DNA from: Ramazzottius varieornatus
Taxonomy: Eukaryota; Animalia; Tardigrada
Length of the DNA stretch: 64,000 nt
Direction of reading: 5' to 3'
NCBI GenBank assembly: GCA_001949185.1
Contig: BDGG01000018.1
Span: 588,693 to 652,692, forward strand
The notes under the pieces were generated by a model that was not told where the DNA came from, made no database searches, and saw only the letters and a program-made list of their open reading frames with translations. The position numbers were made by a program, and so were the translations under genes. Positions 62,097 through 64,000 of this stretch are shown piece by piece; position 1 is the first letter of the stretch, and each line of letters begins with the position of its first letter.

Positions 62097-63237
62097 AGAT
62101 GCACCGCAGAGTCGGAGCGCTTTCGTACCTGATATTGAGTTTTTTCCAAAGCGCTGCGTTGTTGATCGTAATACTGCTCTCTGAAGACATCCATACCCTG
62201 TGCGACGATATCTTGGAGTTCCTCGGAAGACAAGTGGTCAGCGTTGCTGTACCTGTAGAACAGAAATATCCCTGGCGAACCTGTGCAAGTTTGCCGAGAA
62301 CTGCTTCTTACATGAGAGAAGGGAGGCTCTTATCACGCCGCAGAACATTCCTGTAAACTCGTCAAAGGGAACCTCGTTCGAAGGTTTGACACGACGTGCG
62401 AACTCCTGACTGTCCGCGAACTGAGGAAGAATCATACTCGGATCCAAGATAGATTCCTCTCTTTGATTTGAAGAGGCGACTGAGCTGTAAAACGGAAACC
62501 ATTAATTTTGTTGATCTTTGTGCGGGCACAACATAGACGTACCGTAAGTTCTGGATGGTCACATGGCCATTCGTCGCCATCGAAAGTATCAAGCAGCTTT
62601 GCGAATCACTTGGAACCATACGTTGGGTAATCAAAGCCACTTCGTCTCCAAAAGGACAAAACCAAGCTAAGAATATTTCGCAAAGAGCCATCAACCGCAG
62701 TTGCTTAAGCTTCAGCGGAAGGATCCAGACTGGCCACAGTCCGAACAACGGACTGNNNNNNNNNNTGATACACATGTCCACTGGAAGACAATAGAGACCT
62801 TGCAAAATTCACGAGACGGGTCAAACAAACGAAGCTTCAAACGAAACGATTGCTATAAAAAATGTTTAAACATTTTGAATTTGTAATTCATGTCGCTATT
62901 CACGAAACGAATGGGGGTTTCGTTCGTGAATCACGAAGGAAATTCTCCGTCGATTTGTAATGAGCACTAATACCCGTGAATAATTGCTTTTGCTGGCAGC
63001 AGCCGTAGACAACCGTGAATTGTGCCCGGTTAGCGTCGGACCGTCAGAACGATCAAGCAAGCAATCAAAAGTGCTTGCTTGCCTACACTTTTTTAACTTG
63101 GTGGCCTTATTACTGCCTGCAAACTCTTTGCCAGTACCACTATTTTTTATGCTCAATTTCATTTCAGTCTTTTCTGAAGATAACTGGTTTTGAATCTTGT
63201 TGTTCCGTGTCTTCTCACTCACACATCTAGGTGGAGC

Positions 63238-64000
63238 ATGGCGGAGTCGACAAAGAAGAAGCGTGGTCGACCACCGAAGAAATCTGCTGCCGACAAAGAA
63301 GCCGAGAGGATGGAGAAAGAAACTTCCGCGAAGACTGCAGTGGATTATCAGTCGCGTATGGATACGCAGCTCTTGCGTGTTACCAGTAAAGAAAATCCAT
63401 TCCGTCACAGCCTAAACAAGCGTAAGGAAAGCTGGTGCTTGATAGCCGTGGAGATGACTGACCACTTCAAAGGTGAAACCTTCGACGATCGCCGTTGCAG
63501 GGAAAGAGTCAAGGTGTTGATGAAAGCTCGTCGTATCGATTCGGAAAAGAAAGTTACAGGAGTCGGATCGCTTGTCCTGTCTGAAGTAGACACCTTACTG
63601 AACAGCCTTATCGAACAAGAAGACTTTACTACGAACAATGCCAGCGCTGAGAAGGAGAAGGAAGAGCAAAGCAAAGTGCTGGTACAGACCATTCAGAAAG
63701 ATGCCTTGGCCACCATCAAAAAGCGCACTGTCTTGATTAACGGTATGTGTTGATTGATTGGTTTGAGCTTTGATTCATCATGTGTTATACAATATAGTAA
63801 TCACCCCAGTTCACAGTATGCTCAGCATATGAGTCCCTCGATTTCTACTCACAAAGTACCATACTTTTCAAATTTTGTTTCTACGTTTAGAGTCGGACAC
63901 AGCGGATGAACAGGACGGTGGCTCACCAGTGAGAAAGAAACCAAGCCCAAAGAAGTTACATCTAGTTGCGCCGTACAAGAAACGTAAAACGGAACCTGTC
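63238..64000 (+). CDS. AT-hook plus Myb/SANT-like (Harbinger-type trihelix) protein; exon 63238-63742, next exon from ~63891 runs off the window
   Basis: KKRGRPPKK AT-hook; DTQLLRVT...PF...KESWCLIAVEM...DDRRCRERVKVLMK...TG...SEVDTLL; phase-1 GT-AG intron keeps the frame. Confidence 0.7.

Noticed and set aside
61850-62805. Harbinger transposase partner for the 63.2-kb Myb gene
   Set aside because: No IDGT, HDS or GD-x-Y motifs in the frames examined; fragments unassignable and interrupted by an N gap (62756-62765).

Overview
Eukaryotic (metazoan) genomic DNA from a compact genome with mostly short (about 55-130 nt) GT-AG introns. Gene content (group-3 LEA-like protein, Pmp3 peptide, Tc5-type transposons) suggests a tardigrade-like invertebrate; this is inference, not demonstrated. 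The left ~38 kb is gene-dense: a 4-exon Pmp3/UPF0057 peptide gene missed by the ORF track, an apparently intact Tc5-like DD37D transposon, a type-II membrane DxD protein, a secreted LRR protein, BRAP, a disabled ATRX-like SNF2 gene, USB1, VPS51 and a membrane-anchored LEA-like gene. The right ~26 kb is mostly a transposon graveyard (Tc5 derivatives, a Harbinger transposase/Myb pair, a mariner relic, several MITEs), plus an F-box gene and an AT-hook/Myb-SANT gene. The most striking feature is a dispersed palindromic repeat family at 27 loci. Its unit is CAAGTGGCGCAC-N25-GTGCGCCACTTG, with a nearly invariant 25-nt spacer (35 units counted at exactly 25) whose sequence has diverged. Units are joined by ~33-nt linkers (82-bp period) and bounded by ~32-bp inverted arms. 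It occupies most long introns of the host genes, lies in no confidently spliced exon, and also forms the exact ends of a TA-flanked 853-bp inverted-repeat element. All coordinates and counts were made by eye.
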